Positions 28,426 through 38,300 of a stretch of 58,235 nucleotides of DNA are shown piece by piece. The stretch's first letter is position 1. Every line of letters starts with the position of its first letter. The stretch covers positions 1 through 58,235 of the forward strand of contig JBDROJ010000042.1 of assembly GCA_043810165.1 (NCBI GenBank). The letters run 5' to 3'. The DNA is from a bacterium. GTDB taxonomy: Bacteria; Patescibacteriota; Patescibacteriia; Magasanikbacterales; GWA2-37-8. The notes under the pieces were generated by a model that saw nothing but the letters and a program-made list of their open reading frames with translations, was not told where the DNA came from and ran no database searches. A program made the translations under genes and the position numbers.

Positions 28426-28671
28426 ATGTCTGAAATCAAACCAAATGAGGTATATACCACTGCTGAAGCCGAGAAATTGCTAAAAATAAGCAATAGCACA
28501 ATGAAAAGGATGCTAAAAAAGGGCTTAATTCGTGCTAACAAGATCGGAAAGCAATATCGTATTTTAGGTCATGAACTACTAAGATTATTATCACCAAAAG
28601 TAGATAAGAAGGCTACTAGCATGTATCAACGAGTGAAGACAAAAGTAAAAGATAAAACTGTGAATTGGTAA
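28426..28671 (+). CDS. Helix-turn-helix DNA-binding protein (excisionase/HTH_17-like)
   Basis: VYTTAEAEKLLKIS..TMKRMLKKG.IRANKIGKQYRI; start could be 28408 or 28426. Confidence 0.82.
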   Translation: MSEIKPNEVYTTAEAEKLLKISNSTMKRMLKKGLIRANKIGKQYRILGHELLRLLSPKVDKKATSMYQRVKTKVKDKTVNW

Positions 28672-28674
28672 TTT

Positions 28675-30216
28675 ATGGGAAACTTAGCCAATCGTACAAT
28701 TAAAAACTCGGTTTATTCATTTTCAGGTTTTGTTTGGATGTTGTTATTGTCATTTATAGCCATGCCCATTGTGATTAAAGGTTTGGGTTCTGAAAAATAT
28801 GGTTTTTTTGTCCTTTTAAATAGCATACTATCTGTATTTGGTTTGCTAGATCTTGGTATGGGTTATCCTTTTTTTAAAAAATTATCTGAAAATCCAGAAA
28901 ATCCAGACTACAAAGCCCTGACCCCCATTTTTAGCTTAACTTTTTGGTTTTATACTGCAGTGGGTTTATTTTGTTTGTTAATCTTGTTGTTGATAAGAGG
29001 TTTTTTACCAAATATCCTTAATTCAGCTGATGGTTTTGTCTATTCTTATACGTGGATGTTTCTGATGGTCGGTTTGACCTTTTTCTTGAAAATGATAGCT
29101 ATGCCACTGCAACAGATGTTACCAGCTCTGCAGAGAATTGACTTGTCCACCAAGATTAGCTTGATTAATATCACTCTCATCCAGATAGGTAGTATTGTTG
29201 TTGTAAGTATGGGGTATGGCATTACTTCTTTGGTGTTGATACAATTATCGTCAGCTTTTTTACTATTTTCTATCTATTTTATATTATGGAAAAAATTATT
29301 ACCGGGTATTAAACTAAAGTTATATTTTTCTTTTAAGCGTTTTAGATCAATGTTGAAGGATGGCTTTATGGTATTTATATCGAATTTTATGAGTAATATT
29401 CTTGCTCAATTTGATAAATTTGTCTTAAGTTTTTTTTGGGGCCCATCCAGTGTTTCATATTATTCTTCAGGACAAATGATTACAGACAAGATTCATAGTA
29501 CATCTTTTAGCCTTTCAACTGTTTTTACACCGGTATTTTCTAATATTGATCATTTAAAACAGGGTGATCGACAAATTAAAATATTTCGTAGAGCCATTAG
29601 ATTCATTTCCTTTATTACTTTTGGTTTGACCATAACAATTTTTTTGTATGGTAATTCTTTCATCAAATATTGGATTAATGAAGATTTTGCTATTAATACA
29701 GTTTTTGCTTTAAAGATATTAGCGTTCACTTATTTCATGTTGTCATTATTTGGTTTCATCTACGCTTTTTTAATTGGCATAAAGCGATTAAAATTTGTGG
29801 TATTTGCTACTACTTTGAATGCTCTATTAAACGTGACTTTTATATTTATCCTCATACCCCGTTTTTCTCTTAATGGCGCGGCTGTTGCTTACCTACTATC
29901 TACCATACCAGTATTTTATTACCTATATTATATCGAACACAATATTTTTCAAATTAAGAAAAAAATGGTTATTTTTAGGTTTTATTCCGTTTTACTGCTC
30001 AAGCTATTTACAGCTGGTGCTATAACATATATAATTTCTAGTACAGTGTTGTTTGCGTATGCCAATGCTTTGTGGAAAGTGGTTTTAATTGGCGGGTTTA
30101 CTCTAGGATTGTATTTTGTAATTTTCTATATTTGTAGATTTTTTGATAAAGAAGATTGGAATCTATTAAAAGATTATTTTTTTACAAGGTTCAAAAATAA
30201 ATTATTAAAAAATTAG
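28675..30216 (+). CDS. Oligosaccharide flippase (Wzx family)
   Basis: Polytopic, KNSVYS...LGSEKYG...DLGMG, DKFVLS...SVSYYS, LIPRFSLNGAA. Confidence 0.88.
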   Translation: MGNLANRTIKNSVYSFSGFVWMLLLSFIAMPIVIKGLGSEKYGFFVLLNSILSVFGLLDLGMGYPFFKKLSENPENPDYKALTPIFSLTFWFYTAVGLFCLLILLLIRGFLPNILNSADGFVYSYTWMFLMVGLTFFLKMIAMPLQQMLPALQRIDLSTKISLINITLIQIGSIVVVSMGYGITSLVLIQLSSAFLLFSIYFILWKKLLPGIKLKLYFSFKRFRSMLKDGFMVFISNFMSNILAQFDKFVLSFFWGPSSVSYYSSGQMITDKIHSTSFSLSTVFTPVFSNIDHLKQGDRQIKIFRRAIRFISFITFGLTITIFLYGNSFIKYWINEDFAINTVFALKILAFTYFMLSLFGFIYAFLIGIKRLKFVVFATTLNALLNVTFIFILIPRFSLNGAAVAYLLSTIPVFYYLYYIEHNIFQIKKKMVIFRFYSVLLLKLFTAGAITYIISSTVLFAYANALWKVVLIGGFTLGLYFVIFYICRFFDKEDWNLLKDYFFTRFKNKLLKN

Positions 30217-30221
30217 TCTAT

Positions 30222-30350
30222 ATGGAATATAGAGAAAAAACATTGGGTATTGAGCTGTATATAGATAGTTTAAAATCAAATTATACCAAGGTACCTACTT
30301 ATTCATTTGGCTCCGAAGGACATTGGGGCCTTGATTGCACTCGTTTATGA
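30222..30350 (+). CDS. 42-aa small ORF overlapping the rfbF start (small protein or remnant)
   Basis: MEYREKTLGIELYIDSLKSNYTKVPTYSFGSEGHWGLDCTRL; TGA overlaps the rfbF ATG (ATGA). Confidence 0.35.
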   Translation: MEYREKTLGIELYIDSLKSNYTKVPTYSFGSEGHWGLDCTRL

Positions 30351-31132
30351 AGACTATTATTTTATGTGGGGGTCAGGGTACAAGAATGAAAGAGGAAACT
30401 GATTTTAAACCCAAGCCATTGGTGTTGGTTGGGGGTAAGCCGATTTTATGGCATATAATGAAATTGTATTCGCATTATGGTTATAATGAGTTCGTTCTTG
30501 CTCTAGGCTATAAAGGGCATATGATTAAAGAATATTTTTTACGCTGGCAGTCAAGGATGAACGATTTTACCCTGCATACCAAAGAAAATAAAGTTATATT
30601 TCATAATAATGAATGTGATGATTTTAAGATTACTTTTGTCGAAACTGGATTAGAAAGTTTGACCGGAGAAAGAATTCTTAAATTAAGAGATCATATTACC
30701 GAGGATAATTTTATGGTTACTTATGGAGATGGTGTTGGCGATCTTGATATTAAAGGATTAGTAGATTTTCATAACCAACAAGATAGGTCGGGTACAATTA
30801 CCGCGGTTCACCCCAAGTCTAGATTTGGGTTGCTAGATATCGATCATGACAAAAAAGAACTAGTAGATTATTATCAACATCATGTCACACACGACATGGA
30901 TGAAAAATCTAAAGACTATATCAATGGTGGTTTTATGGTTTTTAAAAGAAAAGTATTAGATATGATTGAGCGAGATAGTATGATAGAGCATATTTTTGCA
31001 CCTTTAGCACAAAAACAAGACCTGTCAGTTTATGTTCATCCAGGTACATGGAAATGTATGGATACTTATAAAGAAGCAGAGGAAATGAATGAACTTTGGC
31101 AGAATGATCCATTTTGGAAAGTTTGGAATTAA
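30347..31132 (+). CDS. rfbF: Glucose-1-phosphate cytidylyltransferase
   Basis: ILCGGQGTRM..KPKPL..GGKPILWHIMK, TYGDG, INGGF, WKCMDT. Confidence 0.92.
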   Translation: MKTIILCGGQGTRMKEETDFKPKPLVLVGGKPILWHIMKLYSHYGYNEFVLALGYKGHMIKEYFLRWQSRMNDFTLHTKENKVIFHNNECDDFKITFVETGLESLTGERILKLRDHITEDNFMVTYGDGVGDLDIKGLVDFHNQQDRSGTITAVHPKSRFGLLDIDHDKKELVDYYQHHVTHDMDEKSKDYINGGFMVFKRKVLDMIERDSMIEHIFAPLAQKQDLSVYVHPGTWKCMDTYKEAEEMNELWQNDPFWKVWN

Positions 31133-31150
31133 TTTATCTAATCACAAATT

Positions 31151-31821
31151 ATGAAGATTAATGACCGTCTTAAATATCAGTTTCATCATCGATTAGCATA
31201 TATATATATATATCTTTATTGGCAAGAGATAAAATTACATATAGTCAGAATAAAGAAGATCAAATCTTGGATATATTAACTAATTTCAAAGACAAGGGGA
31301 CGTATATAGATGTAGGCGCTAATCATCCAGATATAATTAGCGTGACTAAAAAATTCTATGAACGTGGTTGGTCTGGTATAAATATTGAGCCTAATTATGA
31401 TAATTACATTTTTTTTGTAAACACTAGGTTGAGAGATATTAATTTAAATGTTGGCGTATCAGACAAAGAGGGGGAGCTAGATTTTTTTTACAAAGCAAAC
31501 GCAAGTGTTACCGATAGTACCGGATTCACATTTTCCAAGGATGTCTATGATGCAAGAAATTATAGTTTAGGATCAAAAAAGGTAAAAGTTATCCCTCTTA
31601 AGAAGGTGTTTGAAGAAAATAACATCAATTATGTTGATTTTATTAATATAGATACCGAAGGTTTTGAAAATAAAGTATTGGAGAGTAACGATTGGTTAGT
31701 TAATAGGGCGGGAGTATTGTGTATAGAGGGAAGAGGGTATGGAAAATTTTTGAAAAAATATGGATATAGGAAAGTTTTATTTGATGGTTCTAACAGTTTT
31801 TATAAGTTAAAAAATATATGA
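31151..31821 (+). CDS. FkbM family methyltransferase; ATG 31151 out of frame at an (AT)8 tract, or TTG start at 31219
   Basis: YSQNKED, YIDVGANHP, GINIEP, DFINIDTEG; removing one AT from 31198-31213 joins ATG 31151 to the main frame. Confidence 0.82.
31198..31213 (+). repeat. (AT)8 dinucleotide microsatellite
   Basis: GC-ATATATATATATATAT-CT. Confidence 0.92.
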
Positions 31822-32777
31822 ATAGTACAGAAAACAAAAAAATATTTGTTACCGGTGCTACTGGGTTAGTGGGCGCTCACTTGGTGGAAAGGCTTTTAGA
31901 GTTGGAACCGGCTCAAATAGTTTGTCTTTGTCGTAGTCAGGATCCGAGTTCGTATTTTTATTTAAAGGGTTTAGACAAGAAAGTGGTATTGGCTTATGGT
32001 GATTTGAAAGATAAAGAAAGGATATTTGATATCGTTAGCAAGTATGAAATAACTCATATATTTCATGTGGCCGCTCAAGCTATAGTGCCAACTGCCTATG
32101 TTAATCCTTATGAAACTTTATCCAGTAATATAATGGGCACAGTTCATATTTTGGAGGCCGCCCGACAGAGTGTTGGTATCGAGGCTGTGGTTGTCGCTTC
32201 TAGCGACAAAGCCTATGGTAAAAATTGCGACCGGGCTGTAGAGACTAATCCAATGGCCGGGGATCATCCATATGATGTTTCTAAATCCTGCACCGATCTG
32301 GTTAGCCTCTCTTATCACAAGACTTATGGCGTTCCGGTTGCGGTTAGTCGGTTTGGTAATATTTTTGGTCCTGGTGATTTAAATTTTAATCGTATAATTC
32401 CAGGTATCTGCCATTCTATTATAAAGGACCAAGTTTTGGAGTTGCGCAGTGACGGAAGTTTTGTTCGGGATTATGTTTATGTCAAAGATGTTGTAGATGG
32501 ATACATAAGTTTGGCAGAAAATATTGAGAAGAGCAAAGGCCAGGCTTTTAATTTTAGCACAGGTTATAATTTTTCCGTTTTAGACTTAATTAAAAAAGTT
32601 TCGGAAGTATTAGGCCAGCAGTGTGATTACAAGATAATTAATGACCAGAAAAATGAAATACCAGCTCAAAGTCTGGATTTTTCCAAAGCCACCGAAGTAT
32701 TAGGTTGGAAATCAAAATATGATTTTGAAGAGGGAGTTAAAGAGACGTATGAATGGTATAAAGGGTATTTAAAATAG
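31818..32777 (+). CDS. rfbG: CDP-glucose 4,6-dehydratase-like NAD-dependent epimerase/dehydratase
   Basis: VTGATGLVG, HVAAQA, ASSDKAYG, PYDVSK, NIFGPGD; close to rfbF. Confidence 0.78.
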   Translation: MNSTENKKIFVTGATGLVGAHLVERLLELEPAQIVCLCRSQDPSSYFYLKGLDKKVVLAYGDLKDKERIFDIVSKYEITHIFHVAAQAIVPTAYVNPYETLSSNIMGTVHILEAARQSVGIEAVVVASSDKAYGKNCDRAVETNPMAGDHPYDVSKSCTDLVSLSYHKTYGVPVAVSRFGNIFGPGDLNFNRIIPGICHSIIKDQVLELRSDGSFVRDYVYVKDVVDGYISLAENIEKSKGQAFNFSTGYNFSVLDLIKKVSEVLGQQCDYKIINDQKNEIPAQSLDFSKATEVLGWKSKYDFEEGVKETYEWYKGYLK

Positions 32778-32871
32778 TGAACTTTTTTGTTAAGAATACC
32801 ATCATCATTATTCTTCCTTTGTAAAATCGCTTACTTACTTATTTAATATTTAAATGTTAAAATAAAAAAAT

Positions 32872-33969
32872 ATGTTATCTCCACGAGAGCAATTAGAAGA
32901 GAAAAAAAGAGGTCATTTAAAAGACGAAAAGCCATATGTTTATGAAAAGATCATGAAGTCTGATGAAAAGGTTCGGAAAGGAGAGAGTATAGCTATTATT
33001 CAATTTCAATATAATTATACATGCAATTTTCTTTGTCAACATTGTTCTGTAAAGAAGTTCCAAGGAAAAAAAGACGCTCGACAATTTACCATGGAAGACG
33101 TAAGAAGTTTGTCGCGTCAAGCAGATGAATTGGGTCTGGCGCGTTTCGTGCTTACAGGTGGAGAACCCTTGATATTTAGAGACTTTGACGAACTAGTAGC
33201 TAATATTGACCCAGAAAAATTTTATATTAATTGTGATACCAATGGTTGGTTTTTGGATGATAAAAGAGCTAAACATTTAAAAAACATAGGAGTTGATCGT
33301 ATTCAATTAAGTGTAGATAGTTTAGACGCTAAAGAACATGATGATTTTAGGAAGGCTAAGGGTTCGTATGATAGAGCAATAAGAGCTATTGATGCGTCTC
33401 TCAATGCGGGGTTAGGTATTTTTGTTCAAACCGTAGTTACTAAACAAAGGCTTCATTCAGAGGAGTTTATTAAATTTGTAGAATATTTTAATAATAAAGG
33501 TATAGGGGTATTTGTAACTTATGCCAAACCAGTTGGAGCTTGGGAAGGTAATTTCGACTGTTTGGTTAACAGAGATGATATGGCTTATATGAACGAACTT
33601 GAAAAGAAATATGACCTCTGTACTCACTTAACCCCAGCTTATGGGCTTGATATGGGTTGTATTGCTGTAAAAGGAATGTTTTCTGTCACACAATACGGAG
33701 ATGTATTGCCATGCCCGTATATTCATACATCAATCGGCAATGTCTTTACCGAACCTTTGAAAGACATAATACAAAGAGGATTGGATATTAAGTATTTTGG
33801 GGAGTATGTTGATACTTGTTCAATCGCAGAGGATAGGGATTTTATTGATAAGTACGTTGCCGGTAGGATTTATGGAAAACCACTACCCGTCCCTTGTGCC
33901 GAGGTTTTCACCGAAGAAGATAAAACACAGAAGCCTTTTAATGAAGGTATGCCTAAACAAATTGACTAA
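32872..33969 (+). CDS. Radical SAM protein with SPASM/twitch domain
   Basis: CNFLCQHC, TGGEP, TNG, C..GDVLPC. Confidence 0.9.
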   Translation: MLSPREQLEEKKRGHLKDEKPYVYEKIMKSDEKVRKGESIAIIQFQYNYTCNFLCQHCSVKKFQGKKDARQFTMEDVRSLSRQADELGLARFVLTGGEPLIFRDFDELVANIDPEKFYINCDTNGWFLDDKRAKHLKNIGVDRIQLSVDSLDAKEHDDFRKAKGSYDRAIRAIDASLNAGLGIFVQTVVTKQRLHSEEFIKFVEYFNNKGIGVFVTYAKPVGAWEGNFDCLVNRDDMAYMNELEKKYDLCTHLTPAYGLDMGCIAVKGMFSVTQYGDVLPCPYIHTSIGNVFTEPLKDIIQRGLDIKYFGEYVDTCSIAEDRDFIDKYVAGRIYGKPLPVPCAEVFTEEDKTQKPFNEGMPKQID

Positions 33970-33978
33970 CAATAGTTT

Positions 33979-35001
33979 ATGAAAGCAAAAGATATTAGCG
34001 GTCAAGTTCCAGGCGGTAAAAGGGAAAATCTAGCAGAGGTTTTGCCTTTGGACACACCGTTTTTGTTGTATGTATTTCCTATTTATGCTTGTAATTTTAA
34101 ATGTAGATACTGCATTTTTTCAGTGGATAAGAAAGATCGTGGATTTATTTCTGATAAGACAGCTTTAGATTTGGATCTATATAAAAGATGCATAGATGAG
34201 GTGGCTGAATTCCCTAAAAAATTGAAAGTATTGCGTTTTGTTGGTATGGGTGAGCCTCTTTTACACAAAGATATTGCAAAAATGGTTGAATATGCCGTTT
34301 CAAAGAATGTGGCGGATACAGTGGAGATCATAACTAATGGTTCACTTTTGACACCCAAGATTTCAGATGATCTTATTTCTGCTGGTCTTTCTAGAATGAT
34401 AGTGTCTTTACAGGGAGTGACTAAGGAGAAGTACAAAGAAGTAAGTTCGGTGGATATTGATTTTGATAATTTCGTAAAAAATTTAAAGTATTTTTTTGAT
34501 AACAAAAAAAACACTACACATTTGTACATGAAAATAATGGATACAGCACTAGATAATGAAGATGACGAAAAGAGATTTCATGAAATTTTTGGAGATATAT
34601 GTGATACTATAGCAGTTGAGCATACTGTCCCCATTTATCCTGGTGTAGATTATGATAAAGTTTTGGGAGACAAAGATCGACCCGTTACCCAATTTGGTTT
34701 GCCGGTTTCAGAGGTTAAGATTTGTCCTCAACCTTTTTTTACTATGCAGATTAATCCTGACGGTAAAATAGTTCCGTGTTTTTCCCTTGATTATCCGGAA
34801 ATTATCGGTGATTGTAATAATCAGTCTATAAAAGAAATATGGAACAGTAAAAAATTTCATAATTTTAGACATCGTATGCTCAGTGGGGCTGAAAATGTAT
34901 GTAAAACTTGTGATAAATGTAATATAATTAAATATCGTTTATCTCCGGAGGATGTCTTAAATCATGACGCTGAGCGACTAAAGCAATTTTACAATGTTTA
35001 A
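33979..35001 (+). CDS. Radical SAM/SPASM protein
   Basis: CNFKCRYC, GEPLLH, TNGS, CPQPF..DGKIVPC..CKTCDKC. Confidence 0.9.
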   Translation: MKAKDISGQVPGGKRENLAEVLPLDTPFLLYVFPIYACNFKCRYCIFSVDKKDRGFISDKTALDLDLYKRCIDEVAEFPKKLKVLRFVGMGEPLLHKDIAKMVEYAVSKNVADTVEIITNGSLLTPKISDDLISAGLSRMIVSLQGVTKEKYKEVSSVDIDFDNFVKNLKYFFDNKKNTTHLYMKIMDTALDNEDDEKRFHEIFGDICDTIAVEHTVPIYPGVDYDKVLGDKDRPVTQFGLPVSEVKICPQPFFTMQINPDGKIVPCFSLDYPEIIGDCNNQSIKEIWNSKKFHNFRHRMLSGAENVCKTCDKCNIIKYRLSPEDVLNHDAERLKQFYNV

Positions 35002-35019
35002 ATAAAATAACGTAATTTT

Positions 35020-36009
35020 ATGAAAGCAAATTTTAAATCTCAAGTACATGAAGAACGATTAAAGCTAGGAGAAAATATACCATTGGCTACACCGTTAGTG
35101 GTTTATGTTGAGCCGTCTGGTTTTTGTAATTTAAAATGTGTTTTTTGTCCGCATGGTACAGATAGTGATGGATTAAAGAAAGATATTATGTCTTTCCAAA
35201 CTTTTAAGAAGATGGTAGATGATTTATCTGAATTTGAAGATAAAATTAGTTTATTGCGTGTTTGCGGTAACGGGGACCCACTAATGAGTAGAGAAATCAT
35301 AGAAATGATGAAATATGCAAAAGAATCGGGGTCGATAAGAAGGATTGAATTAATCACTAATGGCCTGTTGCTTAATACAAACTTGATTGAAAATCTACCC
35401 CAGTTTTTAGACAGAATTGTTATTTCTATTGAAGGCTTGTCTCCAGAGGATTATCTAAAAATTTGTAGTGTAAAAATGGATTTTCAGAAATCATTAGGAA
35501 ACCTTAAAGAATTGTATAAAAAAAGAAAAGATTGTTTAATGCATATTAAAATTCACAATGAAGCTGTAAAATCGGAAGATAAAAAGGAGGCGTTTTTTAG
35601 GGTTTTTAGTAATTACTGCGATGAGATATACATAGAAAATTTAGTCCCGTTGTGGCCCCAGCTCAATACTTCTCACTCCACTAGTAAGTTTAGATGGGGT
35701 GGGGGTAGAACCACTAGACGCCAGATTTGCGCACAAATATTTAAGAGTGTACAGGTTCAGGCCGATGGGGAAGTGGTGCCGTGTTGTGTTGATTGGAAAA
35801 GAATAAATGTAATAGGGAATATTAAAGAAGAATCACTTCTTGAAATATGGAAAGGAGAAAAACTTAGGAAATTACAAATTAGGCATTTGAGTGGTGATAA
35901 AATTAAAACTGAGCCATGTAAAGATTGTACCACGAATGACTATAGTGAAGTTGACAATATTGATTTATTTGCAGAGCAATGTATTCAAAAGATTAATGAA
36001 AAGATTTAA
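35020..36009 (+). CDS. Radical SAM/SPASM protein, apparent paralogue of the previous gene
   Basis: CNLKCVFC, GDPL, CAQIF..DGEVVPCC..CKDC; N-terminus resembles 33979. Confidence 0.9.
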   Translation: MKANFKSQVHEERLKLGENIPLATPLVVYVEPSGFCNLKCVFCPHGTDSDGLKKDIMSFQTFKKMVDDLSEFEDKISLLRVCGNGDPLMSREIIEMMKYAKESGSIRRIELITNGLLLNTNLIENLPQFLDRIVISIEGLSPEDYLKICSVKMDFQKSLGNLKELYKKRKDCLMHIKIHNEAVKSEDKKEAFFRVFSNYCDEIYIENLVPLWPQLNTSHSTSKFRWGGGRTTRRQICAQIFKSVQVQADGEVVPCCVDWKRINVIGNIKEESLLEIWKGEKLRKLQIRHLSGDKIKTEPCKDCTTNDYSEVDNIDLFAEQCIQKINEKI

Positions 36010-36161
36010 ATGTTACGAAGAAACAATTTCTTCAGATTTATATTGTCAATTGTGGTAAATAATAGCCATAAAGTATTCGTAGATCGTGAGACCGTTAATT
36101 ATAGTTTATTTTTCAAAGAAAATTTGCTTGATAATGCAAACAGGTTTAAGTAGTTAATTAA

Positions 36162-37334
36162 ATGATCAAAATTATGAATAGAGCATGCCCTATTTGTCTG
36201 AGTAATAATAAAAAACAACTTTATAAACAGAACTTTGGAAATCAGACTATTGCTCCAATGATTGGTTATAATATTGTGATATGTCAGGAATGTGGATTTG
36301 CTTATGCTGATAATATTCCATCACAAGAAAAGTTTGATGATTATTATACGGAGATGTCTAAGTATGAATTTAGTCATAGTGACGGAATTGTTGCAGAAAA
36401 ATATGTAAACCATTTTCAGAATATCGTTGATTTTTTAATTCCTTATCTCGCTAACAAAAAATCCAAGATAATAGATATTGGCTGTTCAACTGGTTGTTTG
36501 TTGTCACTATTAAAAAGTGAAGGATACTGCGATCTTACAGGATTAGATCCTTCACAGGCATGTGTAAAAACGGCTAAAGAGCTATATAATATAGATATTA
36601 TAAATGGTAGTATATCTGATTTAAACGATAGTAAGAAATATGATTTGGTTATTTTATCAGCTGTTCTAGAACATTTGGTTGATTTTGAAGGTTCATTGAA
36701 CAAGATCTGTTCTTCTTTGAATCATAATGGATTGATATTTATAGAAGTTCCTGATGCGCTTAGGTTTAGTTCGTATATAACGGCTCCTTTTCAGCAATTT
36801 AGCATTGAGCATATTAATTATTTTTCAAAATATTCGATTGCAAATTTATTATCAAAATATTCTTTTGAACTATTAAACGTGCTGGAAAACGTGAATTTAA
36901 CAAATGAGTTATCAGATCCCGATATTTTTGTTATGGCAAAAAAAGTAGATAATAGCAGTTTTAAAATTGAAAGAGATAATGTTAGTGAAATTAATTTGAA
37001 AGAATATATTAAAGCCAGTACCGAAATTGATTTGAAGATTAAAAAGATTATAAAAGAAAAATTGATAGATAAAGAAAAAATAATTATATGGGGTGTGGGT
37101 ACGCACACACAAAGACTTATTGGCTCTGGATTAGATTTAAAACAGGTAGCGTATTTTGTAGATTCGAACGAGAGATACTGTGGTAAAGAAATGAATGGAG
37201 TGAAAATAAAATCACCCAATGATATTAATGAAGACGTTCCAATTTTAATCTCGAGCTATTCATATCAAGATGAAATAAGTAAGCAGATCAGAGACGATCT
37301 AAAGTTAGATAATGAAATATTGAAATTATATTAA
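36162..37334 (+). CDS. Class I methyltransferase resembling NDP-sugar C-methyltransferases
   Basis: CPIC..CQECG Zn ribbon, IDIGCSTG, VLEH, EHINYF, C-terminal IIWGVG..YFVDSN domain. Confidence 0.8.
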   Translation: MIKIMNRACPICLSNNKKQLYKQNFGNQTIAPMIGYNIVICQECGFAYADNIPSQEKFDDYYTEMSKYEFSHSDGIVAEKYVNHFQNIVDFLIPYLANKKSKIIDIGCSTGCLLSLLKSEGYCDLTGLDPSQACVKTAKELYNIDIINGSISDLNDSKKYDLVILSAVLEHLVDFEGSLNKICSSLNHNGLIFIEVPDALRFSSYITAPFQQFSIEHINYFSKYSIANLLSKYSFELLNVLENVNLTNELSDPDIFVMAKKVDNSSFKIERDNVSEINLKEYIKASTEIDLKIKKIIKEKLIDKEKIIIWGVGTHTQRLIGSGLDLKQVAYFVDSNERYCGKEMNGVKIKSPNDINEDVPILISSYSYQDEISKQIRDDLKLDNEILKLY

Positions 37335-37343
37335 TCCTTTTTC

Positions 37344-38300
37344 ATGAAAAAAACAAAAATTGCCATTCTCGGTGCGACATCACATATAGCCAAAGGCTTA
37401 ATAAGTGTTTTTTTACAACGTGGCGATTTCGATTTACACTTATATGCTCGTTCATCAGAAAAGATATCTGATTTTTTAACTGGTTTGAAAAAAAAATCAA
37501 ATGACAACTTCACTATTCATGATGATTATGGTAATTTTTTAAAAATTCACTACGATGTTATTATCAATTGTGTAGGAGTAGGAACTTTGAAAAAAATACA
37601 AGGGGATTATACTAGATATTTCATGGTAACTGAAAAATATGACAATTTAGTAATTCAAAATTTGTGCGACGTTAATCCCGATACTCTTTATATCAGTTTT
37701 AGTAGTGGAGCTATATATGGCAGCGATTTTTCAGCACCATTTAAGGAAAATACGATTAATGGACTTAAAATAAATCATATAGATCCAAATAATTATTATG
37801 CTATATCTAGACTTAATGCCGAGAGCAAACACAGATCATTTAAAGACTTGAATATAGTTGATCTTAGAATTTTTTCATATTTTAGTAGGTTCGCTGATTT
37901 GGAAGATGGATATTTTATTACCGAACTTATAAACGCAGTTTCAGAAAAAAAAGTATTTAAGACTGATGATACAAATATTGTGCGCGACTACATAAGCCCG
38001 AAAGATCTATTCTCGATGATTTTAAAATGTATTGAGACAAAAAAAATTAATTCGGCTTTTGATGTGTTTAGCGCTAAGCCGGTTGAAAAGAAAGAAATTT
38101 TAGATTATTTTTCTGCGGAATTCAATTTAAAATATGAAGTAGATAATACATTATCATATACTGGCGCAACCGGTGCTAAGAATATTTATTATTCTACATA
38201 TGATAAAGCAATGAAAATTGGTTATAAGCCCGAGTTTAGTTCTCTAGATGTTATTAAACAAGAATCAAACTATATTTTAAATAAAAAAGTATATGGATAA
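37344..38300 (+). CDS. NAD-dependent epimerase/reductase (atypical SDR)
   Basis: ILGATSHIA, SFSSGAIYG, YAISR, RDYI. Confidence 0.8.
   Translation: MKKTKIAILGATSHIAKGLISVFLQRGDFDLHLYARSSEKISDFLTGLKKKSNDNFTIHDDYGNFLKIHYDVIINCVGVGTLKKIQGDYTRYFMVTEKYDNLVIQNLCDVNPDTLYISFSSGAIYGSDFSAPFKENTINGLKINHIDPNNYYAISRLNAESKHRSFKDLNIVDLRIFSYFSRFADLEDGYFITELINAVSEKKVFKTDDTNIVRDYISPKDLFSMILKCIETKKINSAFDVFSAKPVEKKEILDYFSAEFNLKYEVDNTLSYTGATGAKNIYYSTYDKAMKIGYKPEFSSLDVIKQESNYILNKKVYG

Noticed and set aside
28363-28671. Prophage or ICE implied by the excisionase-like HTH; TTG start at 28363
   Set aside because: No integrase, att pair or phage genes; the TTG is part of the TTGACA -35 box.
32872-36009. RiPP cluster suggested by three SPASM enzymes
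   Set aside because: No RRE/PqqD domain, peptidase, transporter or convincing precursor; context is nucleotide-sugar metabolism.
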